This document shows, piece after piece, positions 18,161 to 28,517 of a stretch of DNA of 64,000 bases; the stretch's first letter is position 1; every line of letters starts with the position of its first letter. The notes below the pieces were generated by a model that saw only the letters and a program-made list of their open reading frames with translations, had not been told where the DNA came from and ran no database searches. Origin of the DNA: a virus; the IMG/VR virus record IMGVR_UViG_3300036791_000797, positions 1-64,000 of that record, one strand, 5' to 3'. The translations under genes and the position numbers were made by a program.

Positions 18161-19330
18161 ATGGCTGGAAAAGCTGCACTCAAGGGCATCGAGGCTTTCA
18201 AGCAACGCTTCGATGCCAGCTATGGGGAAGGAGCCTTACGCACCGGCACCGAATCCCTGGGCACCTACCAGGTCATCCCCACCGGCTCCCTGGGGCTCGA
18301 CTATGCCCTGGGCACCGGGGGCCTGGTGGAGGGCCGCCTCTCCGAGTGGTATGGCTGGGACGACGTGGGCAAGACCACCCTGGCCCTCATCACCGCGGCC
18401 CAGGCCCAGCGCAAGTACCCCGACCGCTACGTGGCCTACGTGGACATGGAGAACAAGCTGGACCTGGACTGGGCCACCGCCCACGGGGTGGACCTGGACC
18501 GGTTCTGGCCCTACTGGCCCAAGACGGCCGAGGACGTGGCCGACGCCGTCACCGACTTCCTGCGGGAGAACTTCGTGTCCATGTTGGTGGTCGATTCCAT
18601 CGGGGCCATGATCAGCCGGGTGGAGATGGAGAAGCAGGCCGACGAGGCCACCGTGGCGGTGGTGGCCCGCATCGTCACCCGCATGGTCAAGGCCGCCACC
18701 TCCCAGGCCCGCACCCACAAGCCGGTGGTGGTGCTGATCAACCAGCTTCGCTCCGAGATCCGCACCGCCGGGCGAGGCGGCAACGGCACCACCCGGCCAG
18801 GCGGGAACGCCCTGCGCTTCCAGACCACCACCCGGCTGAGGCTGGCCTATACGGCCGAGCCTGCTATGACGGTCAAGATGGGGGCCGACGACATCGAGGT
18901 GGCGCGCGAGATCGGCGTCCAGGTGGAGCGCAACAAGTGCGGACTCAAGGGCCGGGTGGCTAAGGTCAAGCTGGTCTCGGTACCCTCCGAGGCCCACGGC
19001 GAGATGGGCATCGATGTCTATGACGAGACGGCTCGCCTGGGCGACATCCTCGGCCTCATCCCCAAGGCCGGAAGCTGGTACACGCTGCCTGGCCATGAGA
19101 AGCCCCTGCAGGGCGTCAGGACGGTCGCAAACTGGCTTAGAGCCCACCAGGAGGAGGCTGACGCCCTGCGGGCTCAGATCCTGGCTACACGGGCCGCCGA
19201 GATCACCGACGACCTGGGTAGCCCGCTGGCCGGTGAGGGGGAACTGGAGGCCGTGGAGGGCGCTCCAGTCTTCCTGCCCGATGAGATCGATGGGGACAAG
19301 ATCCTCCGTTCGAAGTTCCATAGGGGGTAA
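18161..19330 (+). CDS. recA: RecA-like recombinase
   Basis: IPTGSLGLDYALG, Walker A GWDDVGKTT, VVDSI, LINQLR, PGGNAL, KAGSWY. Confidence 0.95.
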   Translation: MAGKAALKGIEAFKQRFDASYGEGALRTGTESLGTYQVIPTGSLGLDYALGTGGLVEGRLSEWYGWDDVGKTTLALITAAQAQRKYPDRYVAYVDMENKLDLDWATAHGVDLDRFWPYWPKTAEDVADAVTDFLRENFVSMLVVDSIGAMISRVEMEKQADEATVAVVARIVTRMVKAATSQARTHKPVVVLINQLRSEIRTAGRGGNGTTRPGGNALRFQTTTRLRLAYTAEPAMTVKMGADDIEVAREIGVQVERNKCGLKGRVAKVKLVSVPSEAHGEMGIDVYDETARLGDILGLIPKAGSWYTLPGHEKPLQGVRTVANWLRAHQEEADALRAQILATRAAEITDDLGSPLAGEGELEAVEGAPVFLPDEIDGDKILRSKFHRG

Positions 19331-19333
19331 GTC

Positions 19334-19846
19334 ATGACTGTTACACCCAGATTGGCCCAACAACTGAACGAAGAAGCCATAGCCGTAATCATGAGAAGTG
19401 GGCTTTCGCGGGTGCAGGCTGAGAGCCTCTTGTTCGATCTTCGTGTCACCAATCTTGATTTCTGTTGTGTCTGTCATTACAAGAGGAAGCGAAAGACCGG
19501 TGATCCACTTCCAGAAGGTCGTGGTGAACTGGAAGACCTGATGAGGATCATTGAGCTTCCCCAGCGAGATGGTGACTCAGGGGATCTCGATATCCGTTGG
19601 TCTCATGCTAGGACAATCTTATGGGCTTTGTACTGGGCTCCTGAGGGATTTACTGATTGGGCTCTCCACGAAGTCACTGAGATTTATTTGGACTCATGTA
19701 AGGGAATGAGAGCCAACCTGATGAAGCACGGTTGGATCGTCGCTACGGGACGTAAGCTCCCCTCCTCCCAGAACCGACCTATGGAGGTCTGGGTACTCTC
19801 ATCAGAAGCGCGCCGAGACATGGAGGAGTATCTCGGTGGCATTTAA
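19334..19846 (+). CDS. hypothetical protein, possible C-terminal winged helix
   Basis: 170-aa ORF with lower GC3; GWIVATGRK...VWVL wing. Confidence 0.55.
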   Translation: MTVTPRLAQQLNEEAIAVIMRSGLSRVQAESLLFDLRVTNLDFCCVCHYKRKRKTGDPLPEGRGELEDLMRIIELPQRDGDSGDLDIRWSHARTILWALYWAPEGFTDWALHEVTEIYLDSCKGMRANLMKHGWIVATGRKLPSSQNRPMEVWVLSSEARRDMEEYLGGI

Positions 19847-20334
19847 TGAGATTCGCGAGATGGTATGAGCGCTGGGTGATGGGCAAGGACCTCAACCATC
19901 GCATGGCCGAACTGCATGAGGCCTGGTTCGCCAAGCTGTTCGCCGGGATCATCCACCCCGGCTCCGGCAATCACCTGGCCAACCAGGCTGACGGGCGGCG
20001 CAGCTACTACCGCTTCGGCATGGGCTGGGTATGGGACTGCAAGTCCACCCTGGCCCGGTCCATCAGCGTCACCATGGAGACCTGGGACAAGCTGACCGAG
20101 CAGGTGGGCCTGGACCATCCTCTGTTGCCGCTGAGGTTCTACCTGAATAACCGTCTCACCGAGTATGTAGACCTGGTGGTCATGAAGCCCGAAGACCTCA
20201 TTGAGGTGCTGGAGCTACTCGAAGAAGCCGAGCGCAGGCTCGACAACGTGCGTGAGAAGATGATCAACTGCCTGCCGAAATACCAAGATCATCCGATGGT
20301 GCAAGCCGCCTTGCAAGCGGCGGATGGAGAGTGA
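19846..20334 (+). CDS. PD-(D/E)xK nuclease, Hjc-like Holliday junction resolvase
   Basis: HEAWFAKLF...PGSGN...DG...WDCKST; start may be 19879. Confidence 0.7.
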   Translation: MRFARWYERWVMGKDLNHRMAELHEAWFAKLFAGIIHPGSGNHLANQADGRRSYYRFGMGWVWDCKSTLARSISVTMETWDKLTEQVGLDHPLLPLRFYLNNRLTEYVDLVVMKPEDLIEVLELLEEAERRLDNVREKMINCLPKYQDHPMVQAALQAADGE

Positions 20335-21161
20335 TGTCGAAGTTCGGCACCATCCTCAAGGGAGTGCTGGAGAAAGAGATCATCATCCCCCGGCTGAACA
20401 CCTACCTCTACGACCCCAAGTTCCCCGGCTTCGAGGTGCCCATGGCGGGCTTCGAGAAGCGTTTGCCCGACGGGTGGTTCCATCCCAGCACCCATCCTCT
20501 CTGGCCCGAGCGCCTGCTGTACTGGTACGCCCGCGACCCCAGGTCCATGGTCACCGAGCCCATGGACCCCATCGGTACCCAGGCCGTCACCCAGGGCAAC
20601 TTCTGGCATGCCTTCTTCCAGACCATCGGGGTGGCCGACGGCTGGCTCAAGATCATGACCCCCAAGGCCAGGACGCCCCATGACATGGCCGAGTACTGGG
20701 TGGAGGACGCCTCACTCGGGACGGGTGGCTCCCTGGACGGGGTGCTGGAGCCTGACAACCTGCCCATCGAGGTGGAGGAGGGTTTCGAGATCAAGACCAT
20801 GGTCAACGCCAAGCTGCGGAAGTGCCCCAAGGCTCCGCCCATGTCCAATGAGAAGGTCGAATGGTATCGAGATAGCTGCCCGGAGTACTATGCCCAGGTC
20901 ATGGAGTATCTCAGGATGTCGGGTTACCAGCGTCATAGGATCCTGATCACCTCGGTGGAATACCCGTATCCGAAGGCGGAGTTATGCATTCCCTTCGACC
21001 GTGGTTACTCGTCTGCCATAGTCGAGAAGTACCGGCGGGTACGCCAGGCCGTAGCCGAGGATCATCTCCCTGATCCCTGCTGTGGCTACTTCGACACCAA
21101 GGTCCAGCAGATGTGCCCGGCTCGCACCGTCTGCCCCATCGCCCTGCGGATTGCCCGATGA
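20331..21161 (+). CDS. Cas4/RecB-like exonuclease
   Basis: HPST, GNFWH, GSLDG, FEIKT, YYAQVMEY, C-terminal C...CPARTVC. Confidence 0.8.
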   Translation: MMSKFGTILKGVLEKEIIIPRLNTYLYDPKFPGFEVPMAGFEKRLPDGWFHPSTHPLWPERLLYWYARDPRSMVTEPMDPIGTQAVTQGNFWHAFFQTIGVADGWLKIMTPKARTPHDMAEYWVEDASLGTGGSLDGVLEPDNLPIEVEEGFEIKTMVNAKLRKCPKAPPMSNEKVEWYRDSCPEYYAQVMEYLRMSGYQRHRILITSVEYPYPKAELCIPFDRGYSSAIVEKYRRVRQAVAEDHLPDPCCGYFDTKVQQMCPARTVCPIALRIAR

Positions 21162-21487
21162 GATGGCGAGTCACGCTACGCGGTGAGGACGTGGAGCTAC
21201 GCGGCTACGTCGATTGCTCGTTGCCAGAACTGGAACTGATGTCCGAGCAGGTGAAGCCGCTGGGTCTGTTGATCGCCTCGCCTGCTGATGCCGATTACAA
21301 CCCGTTCGGTCCAGATCCGATGACCAGGCAGGAGATCCTAGAACGGATGGCTCTCCTGGTGGCCGGTCGTATGGCTTTGCATTGGCCGTTTCAATGCCCC
21401 ATGTGCCCAGACCGGGCGCACATGGCTCTCGACATCGCGGAGTCGATTATGGCTGATCCAGTTCTGGCCCCGGTTTCGCATGACTGA
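21158..21487 (+). CDS. hypothetical protein
   Basis: ATGA overlap; CPMC. Confidence 0.55.
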   Translation: MRWRVTLRGEDVELRGYVDCSLPELELMSEQVKPLGLLIASPADADYNPFGPDPMTRQEILERMALLVAGRMALHWPFQCPMCPDRAHMALDIAESIMADPVLAPVSHD

Positions 21488-22097
21488 CCTGTCCAAGTTC
21501 CGTATTGGGGAGCCTGATGGCTCACCGATGGTCCCGCTCAAGTTCCTGGATATCCGCTACTGGGGCAAGATCATCGCCTTCGACCAGAGCCTGTCCAAGA
21601 CCGGCTACGTGGTGCTTTCCAACCGGGGTAACACCTTCTCCACGCCGGAGTTCTGCTTTGAGACTACCGGTATGCTAACGGCCAAGGATGATCTTAAGGG
21701 CCATGAGAAGGCCCTTGATAGGGGCATGGACCTGTTCTGGGAGATCCAGGATGTCTGCCGGGCGCACCGGCCTGACAGCGTCATCTTCGAGACCCCACCG
21801 GTCGGGGGCAAGATGTCCCGGCCCGAGTCCTCCTTGCTGGCGGCCCTGACCATCCGCCTGGCCGCCATCATCGAGAATCCCTTCGTCAAGCTGATCATGA
21901 TGAGCCGCCAGAAGGCCGCCAAGCGCTGGACCGGCAATGCCAACGCCGACAAGAAGGTGGTACGAGCCGCCTTGGAAGCACTGATGGAGGCCCATAAGAT
22001 CGAGCGGCCCACCGGCTACTGGAACGAGCATGTCTGTGACGCGCTCAGCCTGGGCCTGTTGTTCATGGAAGGAAGCAACGATGGCGAATCAGGGTAA
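21480..22097 (+). CDS. ruvC: RuvC-like resolvase
   Basis: IIAFDQSLSKTGY, VIFE, TGNANADK, EHVCDALSLG. Confidence 0.85.
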   Translation: MTDLSKFRIGEPDGSPMVPLKFLDIRYWGKIIAFDQSLSKTGYVVLSNRGNTFSTPEFCFETTGMLTAKDDLKGHEKALDRGMDLFWEIQDVCRAHRPDSVIFETPPVGGKMSRPESSLLAALTIRLAAIIENPFVKLIMMSRQKAAKRWTGNANADKKVVRAALEALMEAHKIERPTGYWNEHVCDALSLGLLFMEGSNDGESG

Positions 22098-22761
22098 GCC
22101 TCGTCAGAGCGGGCTCACCGCCGCCCAGGAGACCGCCATCGAGGCGGGCAAGGACGCTGACACCCCGCTGGACTCCGACATCGAACACACCCGCAAGTTC
22201 CGCACGCCGGGCTTCGCCCGCATGCGAACCGACTGGCGGCCCGAGGATGCCATCATCCTGACCAAGGCCAAGCTGGCCGCCGAGGATCGCCTGGTGTTGG
22301 AGTTCGCGGACGCCTATCGGGTCCTGGCCCACATCTACGACATCGTCCGCACCCCGCTCACGGTGGATGACCAGGTCCAGAAGGACCGCCACGGCTGGAC
22401 CATGTGGGCCAAGGACGAGTACGGCAGCTTCATCGAGGACTGGTCCCTGCTCACCACCGACAAGCGCGACACCATCCTGTTCACCCTGGCCACCCGGCTC
22501 TATGACTGGGAGCAGAAGGCCGCCGACGCCTGGGGTGAGGCCATGTTCGCCAAGGGCCAGTGGGAGGAGCGCTTCAGCATTGGCTTCGACGCCCCCATGT
22601 CCGGTACCGTGCAGGATCGGGAGGCCACCGGGCGCATCTGGAGCGCCGACGAGCGTTACTTCGCCATCCAGATGACCTTCTACTCCCGGAAGGCTGATGC
22701 CCTGGTACGGACCATGACTCGTCTGGCCGATCGCCTGAAGGACAGCCTGTTGCATCGCTAG
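22081..22761 (+). CDS. hypothetical helical protein
   Basis: GGAAGGA SD, strong GC3 bias. Confidence 0.75.
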   Translation: MANQGKPRQSGLTAAQETAIEAGKDADTPLDSDIEHTRKFRTPGFARMRTDWRPEDAIILTKAKLAAEDRLVLEFADAYRVLAHIYDIVRTPLTVDDQVQKDRHGWTMWAKDEYGSFIEDWSLLTTDKRDTILFTLATRLYDWEQKAADAWGEAMFAKGQWEERFSIGFDAPMSGTVQDREATGRIWSADERYFAIQMTFYSRKADALVRTMTRLADRLKDSLLHR

Positions 22762-22908
22762 GCCTCATGGTCATCTCGACAGTGTGATTTCTTGCGCGGG
22801 TCGTTTGAATCTGCAAGGTTAGAGGCGACGGTGTTTTGGGACGCCGTGTCTCCGACTACAGGGGACCCCGATCGGATGGGCCAGAGAAGGGCAGTTCAGT
22901 GATCTGAG

Positions 22909-23289
22909 TTGGGTTCCCATGATGGTGAGGAACTGGATGGCTGGTCTGTCTCGACCCTGCGAGAGCTATTCCGCAACTTGCAAGCCTTCCGATCCTTTGT
23001 CGAGTCCGGTGGGGCAGAAGATCTCATCTGGCATGGCCATGAGTTCAACTACTGGGATCTCGAACGAATCTACAGATACTCACAGATAGCCCTGCCCAGA
23101 CGACAATATCAGGCCATCTTTCTCTGTCTCTATGAGAATGTCCTGGAGAAGGATGCTGCTGAGATGATGGGCGTATCGCCCACTAACCCTGTTGCCATGT
23201 ATGCGACTAAGGGACTTGAGAAGCTCCTGGATCACCTCCGTACCGGGAGGATTCCAAACGTCCGTATCGACTTTTATAATGCTGGATAA
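22909..23289 (+). CDS. sigma-70 region-4-like HTH protein
   Basis: LPRRQYQAIFLCLYENVLEKDAAEMMGVS...GLEKL. Confidence 0.7.
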   Translation: MGSHDGEELDGWSVSTLRELFRNLQAFRSFVESGGAEDLIWHGHEFNYWDLERIYRYSQIALPRRQYQAIFLCLYENVLEKDAAEMMGVSPTNPVAMYATKGLEKLLDHLRTGRIPNVRIDFYNAG

Positions 23290-23301
23290 GAGGTATGAGT
23301 A

Positions 23302-23622
23302 ATGTCCATGCATCATGGCACCAACCGCATATTGGAAGACGAGGCCGATCGCATCATCAAAGAGTCGTTGAAGGGGGTGACCCGCTATAGCGACAAGGCG
23401 GACATCCTCACCCCCTGGAAGCAGAAGAGCCGGGCCAAGCGGGAGATCCTCACCTCCTCGGGGTTCCCTGAGTCCTCCCTGCGCCAGGGCATGTTCAACC
23501 GGCGGCACAACGCGGCGCGGCCGGACCTAAACTCCAGGGATGGCATCGCTCAGGCCCGAGGTCGGGGCCTGGAGCGGCTGCAGACCTTCGTGCAGGAGTA
23601 CGGGGCATCACTAGACGAATGA
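23302..23622 (+). CDS. hypothetical protein
   Basis: GAGGT SD, ATGA overlap with next gene. Confidence 0.65.
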   Translation: MSMHHGTNRILEDEADRIIKESLKGVTRYSDKADILTPWKQKSRAKREILTSSGFPESSLRQGMFNRRHNAARPDLNSRDGIAQARGRGLERLQTFVQEYGASLDE

Positions 23623-24353
23623 CCGGCCCTCCTCCTCCGCAGACCTCGGTGATCTACCGGATCGGCGGCACCAACTACCCCATGCGGGTGGTTCGCAACT
23701 GCGACACCTGCCGCTCGATCCACCGTGCCGAGATCGAGAACCTCATCATCATGGGCTACTCCTGGGGCACCATCGCGGACCACCTGCCCACCGACGCCGG
23801 GCTGTCCAAGGACCAGATCCGCCGCCACTTCGAGACCGGGCACATGCCCCTGCCGGAGTCTCTACGCCGGGCCGTCATCGAGCGCCGGGCCAAGATGCTG
23901 CGCTTGTCCACCGCCGACAACGCCGCTCCCCTGGTCGATCAGTGGGTGGTGGTGCAGTCCATCATGCAGCGGGGCTTCGAGCGCATCGCCACCGGCCTGG
24001 CCGAGCCGGACGTGAAGGACACCCTGGCCGCGGCCAAGGAGCTATCCGCCATCGAGGCCCGTGCCCAGGGGGAGCAGGCCCTGGACGAGGACGCGGTGAT
24101 GGCTATCATCGAGGGCGCTCGCTCCTACATGAGCCAGGAAGACTGGATCAAGTTCATGTGGGATTTGCGCGAGAACCCAGCCATGGGCATGTATGGGACC
24201 GTAGAAGAGGTCCAGGAGAGCCGGGTCCCATTGGAGCGATCCGGTCACACTGGCTTGCCGCCGGTCGATGCCAAGGCTGATTACAATCAGACGCACATGG
24301 GCTCATCAACCGATGAGATCCCCCCGATATCTGACCATGCCGAGTCTCTGTAA
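23619..24353 (+). CDS. CxxC + HTH protein, candidate terminase small subunit
   Basis: CDTCRS...GYSWGTIADHL...LSKDQIRRH then helical region; upstream of terL. Confidence 0.5.
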   Translation: MTGPPPPQTSVIYRIGGTNYPMRVVRNCDTCRSIHRAEIENLIIMGYSWGTIADHLPTDAGLSKDQIRRHFETGHMPLPESLRRAVIERRAKMLRLSTADNAAPLVDQWVVVQSIMQRGFERIATGLAEPDVKDTLAAAKELSAIEARAQGEQALDEDAVMAIIEGARSYMSQEDWIKFMWDLRENPAMGMYGTVEEVQESRVPLERSGHTGLPPVDAKADYNQTHMGSSTDEIPPISDHAESL

Positions 24354-24376
24354 CACCTCACTGAGAGGAAAGTCCT

Positions 24377-25387
24377 ATGTTTGGTGTCCGTACATTGTCA
24401 GGGATAACCCTGGAGGAGATCGCTAGCCAGGTCGCTCCCCCCGATTCCAAACTCGTTTGCACCACCGATGACATCAGGGTCAACTTCGGGGGTGCGGAAC
24501 CTTCGGTGAGAATACGTGTAGGCCCGGAAGATCATCTGACCATTTCGGCCCTGGGGGCACGCAACGTCTTCTCCCAGTTCCTGAACATCCCCTATTCGTT
24601 CCTGGATCGTGTCAACGATTCCATGGCTGATTACATCGTCAATGGACTGCTGGGTGAGGTCCATAACGAAGTCCGGGTCCGCCATTCAGAGCATGGCATC
24701 CATGACATCCTGGAGGCCCGTCTGGATCCCATCGAGCCGCTCTCGGTGATCGAGATCGCAGAGCGCATCGTGGGTGAGGAGGCTCAGATCCTGGAGTGGT
24801 GGATCAACCTCACCGACTTCCGCCTGGACGTGGTCTCCCCGGAGACGGGCCTGACCGGCGGCGATCGCAAGCTGGGTGACATCTGCCATGGTGGCCTGCG
24901 TTACAGCCAGGATCTCCGCAAGCACATGATGCCCCAGGTGCAGAAGCTGGTCTATCGGCTGGTTTGCACCAACGGCATGGAGATCGCGGACGCGGCGGCC
25001 AAGATGGACGGCCGGGGAGCCTCGCACTCGGAGTTCCTGGACTCCTTCGAGATCATCTCCCGACGGCTCTACTCCGAGGTGGAGGCGGACATCCACCACT
25101 TCTACCAGCTACGCCAGGAGCCCCTCGGAGACGCCTCTCAGGCCGTCCTGCGGGTGGCCCAGGAGCAGAAGCTGCCCGAGCGGGTGGCCACCCACCTGGT
25201 CCGCCTGGTGCCGGACATGATCCCGGACGAGAACGCCTCTCAGTTCGACCTGGTCAACTTGTTCACCAATGCCGCCCTGGAACCCGGTGTACCGGCCGGG
25301 ACCCGCCGTCGGCTGGAGTCCATCGGTGGCCATATCGTCATCGAGCAGAGCGCCCGTTGCACCAAGTGCGCGGCCAAGGTGGGTTGA
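24377..25387 (+). CDS. DUF932-like protein
   Basis: RLVCTNGM motif, FDLVNLFT, terminal CTKC. Confidence 0.7.
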   Translation: MFGVRTLSGITLEEIASQVAPPDSKLVCTTDDIRVNFGGAEPSVRIRVGPEDHLTISALGARNVFSQFLNIPYSFLDRVNDSMADYIVNGLLGEVHNEVRVRHSEHGIHDILEARLDPIEPLSVIEIAERIVGEEAQILEWWINLTDFRLDVVSPETGLTGGDRKLGDICHGGLRYSQDLRKHMMPQVQKLVYRLVCTNGMEIADAAAKMDGRGASHSEFLDSFEIISRRLYSEVEADIHHFYQLRQEPLGDASQAVLRVAQEQKLPERVATHLVRLVPDMIPDENASQFDLVNLFTNAALEPGVPAGTRRRLESIGGHIVIEQSARCTKCAAKVG

Positions 25388-25388
25388 C

Positions 25389-25745
25389 GTGCCTAATGAA
25401 GTTCTGCCGCAGATCGACCTGTACGACTCGGAGATAATCCAGGTCGAGAAGGTCCTCGAAAAGCTCAATGCGAAGCAGGGCAGTTATGTCCCGGTGGAGG
25501 CATTCCGCAAGGAGGCCATCGAACGTTTTGAGGAAATAGGGCTGGTCGTCAATGTCCAGGTGTACTCCTGCATGGATGAAGGAGGGAAGCCACTGGACGA
25601 TGTCTATGCCTTCGATATCACCATCTCTGATCGCTGCGAACGGAAGCCCTTCGATTTCGATCGACAGCGTTTTGAGGTGATCAACGATGTCGCCGGTATC
25701 GAGCCCGACATGAAAGGTGTCACCTTTCCCGTACCGGATGCCTAA
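25389..25745 (+). CDS. hypothetical protein
   Basis: GTG one nt after previous stop; TAATG coupling to terL. Confidence 0.65.
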   Translation: MPNEVLPQIDLYDSEIIQVEKVLEKLNAKQGSYVPVEAFRKEAIERFEEIGLVVNVQVYSCMDEGGKPLDDVYAFDITISDRCERKPFDFDRQRFEVINDVAGIEPDMKGVTFPVPDA

Positions 25746-27793
25746 TGGCCAACGTTCTGTCGGCCCGGATGGCGCAACTGACCGAGGACGAGACGGGACT
25801 GTGGATCCCCGACATCATCGAGTTCACCCTCTCAGACGCCTTCCTGCATCGAAACCTGTATCCCCGCCAGGCCACCATGCTCAAGGTGGCCTTCCTGCAG
25901 GACGAGCTTTTCACCGACTACGACCTGGAGGTTATCGACGGCTGGACCCGCTCCTTCCGCGAGACCGAGGAGAACGGCATCCAGCCCGACATCTTCGAGC
26001 GCATCCAGATCTGCAAGGCCGAGGGTCGCCCCTGGTTCCGAGAATGGCTCAACATCATCGGCCGCCGGGGCTCCAAGGGCTACCTGGGCGGTATCGGGGC
26101 CGCCTACGTGCTGTGGCACTACCTGTGCAAAGGAGATCCCCAGGAGTACTACGGCATTGATCGCGACCGGCGGTTGTCCATGCTGGTTTTCGCCGGGAAG
26201 AAGGAGCAGGCCACCGTCAACCAGTGGCGCGATGTCACTGACATCATCAAAGGCGGCAAGTGCTTTGCCCCCTATTTCTCCCGATCCCTGGGCGAGAGCC
26301 TGACCCTGCGCGCTCCCCATGACAACAAGCGCATCAACGCCCGCGAGGACCTCGGTATCTACGAGGACGGGGACATGGCCACGTTTATCATCCTGCCCAA
26401 GGAGTCCACGGCCATGGCCGCCCGAGGCCCGGCCGTGTTCGCCCTGCTCTTCGATGAGATGGCCCACGTCGTCCGCCAGGTGGCCAAGTCCGACGCCGCC
26501 GAGGTGTACCAGTCGGCCTCCCCGGCCCTCGACACCTTCGGAGTTGATGCCTGGATGTACGAGGCCTCCAGCCCCTGGGCCAAGACCGGCCAGTTCTACG
26601 ACAACGCCGTGCAGGCCCTGGCCGTCTCCGATGGCACCGACGGGCTGGAGCCGGGCGAGATCGTCCGACCGGAGATGCTGCTGATCCAGTTGACCTCCTG
26701 GGATCCCTACATCGACTGGGAGCGCTCCGACCACATCCCCACCATGGGCCGGGCTGAGTTCGAGCATCCCCGTCGTCGTCCCTCGGCTGGTCCTCCCCAC
26801 TCCCGCGGCCATGGCTATTGCCTGCCTCAGCAGCGGCGCGCCCAGCAGGTCTACGACAAGCAGCTACAGCGCATCGAGGCCGCCAATCCCGAGACCTTCG
26901 CGGTGGAGCGGCGCAGCCATTGGGCCGCCGTCCTCGATGCGTACCTCAACGAGGATCGTGTGAAGGCCATCTGGCTGCCATGGCCAGAACAGAACCCCCT
27001 CAACCTGCACATGCGTGAAGAGGGCAAGCTGGCCGTCCTCTACAAGGCTCATGGGGACCCCTCGAAGTCGGGGGCGAACTTCGGCTTCGCAGTGGCCCAT
27101 GTGGTCCGCTACGGCGAGGATGACTTTCCGCACGTCGTCTTCGATTACATCACCCACTGGGAGCCAGCCAACTTCCCGGAGAACGAATACCAGATCGATT
27201 ACGATTATATCGAGAAATCCATCCAGGGCTACATCGACGCTTTCATGCCTACTGAGGTCACCTTCGACCAGGGTTATTCGAACTGGATGATATCCAGGTT
27301 GATGAAGTGGGTGAGAACCAGGAACTTCGCCAAGCGGGTCCAGGTCTTTGAGCGCACCGCCACCGCGCCCATGAACTGGACCATAGCCGAGACCTTCAAG
27401 ACGGCTATAGGGCTGAGTCTGGTCCATGCTCCGTACTATCAGCAGGCCGAGGATGAGCTTGTCTTCCTGCAGAAAGTAGGCGAGAACAAAGTCGATCATC
27501 CGACGGCTGGTCCGGTGCAAACCAAGGACGTGGCCGACTGCATGATGATCCTGGTGCATGCCCTGATTGGAAATGAGATTTCCGCCTTCGTGGGCGAGGC
27601 CTTTTCGTCCTTGCGGATGCGAGGGGGCGCGCAAGGTGGGCTGCCTACCCCGGCCGAACAGGCCGCGGAGGTATCAGCCGGTGACCCCATCAACGCCCTT
27701 CGCAACTGGGGTGGCCGCAACCGTCCCATGGGCAGTGGCTATTCGCCTGCTCGGGGTCGATTCAGCGGCACGGGGCGGCGCAGTAGAAGATGA
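25745..27793 (+). CDS. terL: terminase large subunit
   Basis: LYPRQ, Walker A IGRRGSKG, Walker B LLFDEMAH, ASSP..KTGQFY, nuclease HGDPS / TFDQ / DHP...KDVAD. Confidence 0.88.
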   Translation: MANVLSARMAQLTEDETGLWIPDIIEFTLSDAFLHRNLYPRQATMLKVAFLQDELFTDYDLEVIDGWTRSFRETEENGIQPDIFERIQICKAEGRPWFREWLNIIGRRGSKGYLGGIGAAYVLWHYLCKGDPQEYYGIDRDRRLSMLVFAGKKEQATVNQWRDVTDIIKGGKCFAPYFSRSLGESLTLRAPHDNKRINAREDLGIYEDGDMATFIILPKESTAMAARGPAVFALLFDEMAHVVRQVAKSDAAEVYQSASPALDTFGVDAWMYEASSPWAKTGQFYDNAVQALAVSDGTDGLEPGEIVRPEMLLIQLTSWDPYIDWERSDHIPTMGRAEFEHPRRRPSAGPPHSRGHGYCLPQQRRAQQVYDKQLQRIEAANPETFAVERRSHWAAVLDAYLNEDRVKAIWLPWPEQNPLNLHMREEGKLAVLYKAHGDPSKSGANFGFAVAHVVRYGEDDFPHVVFDYITHWEPANFPENEYQIDYDYIEKSIQGYIDAFMPTEVTFDQGYSNWMISRLMKWVRTRNFAKRVQVFERTATAPMNWTIAETFKTAIGLSLVHAPYYQQAEDELVFLQKVGENKVDHPTAGPVQTKDVADCMMILVHALIGNEISAFVGEAFSSLRMRGGAQGGLPTPAEQAAEVSAGDPINALRNWGGRNRPMGSGYSPARGRFSGTGRRSRR

Positions 27794-27917
27794 TGTGGTC
27801 AGTGGGACGGTTGGTGGGTATGATCTAGCCAATCCTGGTCACCATTTCTGCAGTTTGATCTCAAGATCTTCAAAAGGCTGTGGGAACACAGGATGCGTGG
27901 TGGTCCTTGTGGGCCTT

Positions 27918-27955
27918 GTCGATCCCCCACCGATCCAGCCCGGTGGGGGCTCGAC
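27918..27955. terminator. stem-loop downstream of terL
   Basis: GTCGA-T-CCCCCACCG ... CGGTGGGGG-C-TCGAC. Confidence 0.5.
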
Positions 27956-27969
27956 CGCGACTGAGCGGA

Positions 27970-27998
27970 TTGGTCTAGCAAGCACACCTGGGTATGCT
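27970..27998 (+). promoter_or_regulatory. sigma70-type leaderless promoter
   Basis: TTGGTC-N17-TATGCT, 6 nt before ATG 28005. Confidence 0.6.
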
Positions 27999-28004
27999 GA
28001 CCCC

Positions 28005-28517
28005 ATGTCCTCAGTCGAGGCACCCTCGGAGAACTCCAGTCGCGAGCCTGTAGTTCAGAAGAAGTGTGCGTCCTGCCATCATCCCCTGAGCTTTCATGGC
28101 AACGGAGCGACCGGATGCAAGGCCATGGGCTGCCGGTGTGGGACCTGGAGCGAGGAGGACCCCTTCGGGGCGCGGGACCACTATGCCGCGGTAGTGACCT
28201 TGCTGAGAGCCTTAGAGGTGCCCTCCCGGCTGATGCAGCAGGGGGAGCGACCCCTGATCTACGTTGGGGGTTACGTCGAGCCCGATCTCTATGACCTGGC
28301 CGAGGCCGGTAGTGAAGCCCCAGGATTGCCCGGAGGCTGGCAGCCGCCCTTCGCCATCTGGGCCAACTACGACGGCCCCTGGAGCTATTCGGTGGTGGAT
28401 CAAGAGGGTATGGTGACTGAGGCGGGCACCGATGTCATGCCCCATGACACGGGGGCCGAGGAGGTGGCTCGCATCGTGGCCACCTGGACCTACCCCAACG
28501 AGGCCATGGAGTCTTGA
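28005..28517 (+). CDS. hypothetical protein with Cys/His knuckle
   Basis: CASCHH...H...C...CRC; start chosen from promoter geometry. Confidence 0.65.
   Translation: MSSVEAPSENSSREPVVQKKCASCHHPLSFHGNGATGCKAMGCRCGTWSEEDPFGARDHYAAVVTLLRALEVPSRLMQQGERPLIYVGGYVEPDLYDLAEAGSEAPGLPGGWQPPFAIWANYDGPWSYSVVDQEGMVTEAGTDVMPHDTGAEEVARIVATWTYPNEAMES

Noticed and set aside
20331-21161. CRISPR-Cas locus
   Set aside because: Cas4-like gene is solo; no cas1/cas2 and no repeat-spacer array seen
27567-28004. Long N-terminal extension of ORF 27567..28517
   Set aside because: Overlaps terL and a hairpin; promoter geometry points to ATG 28005
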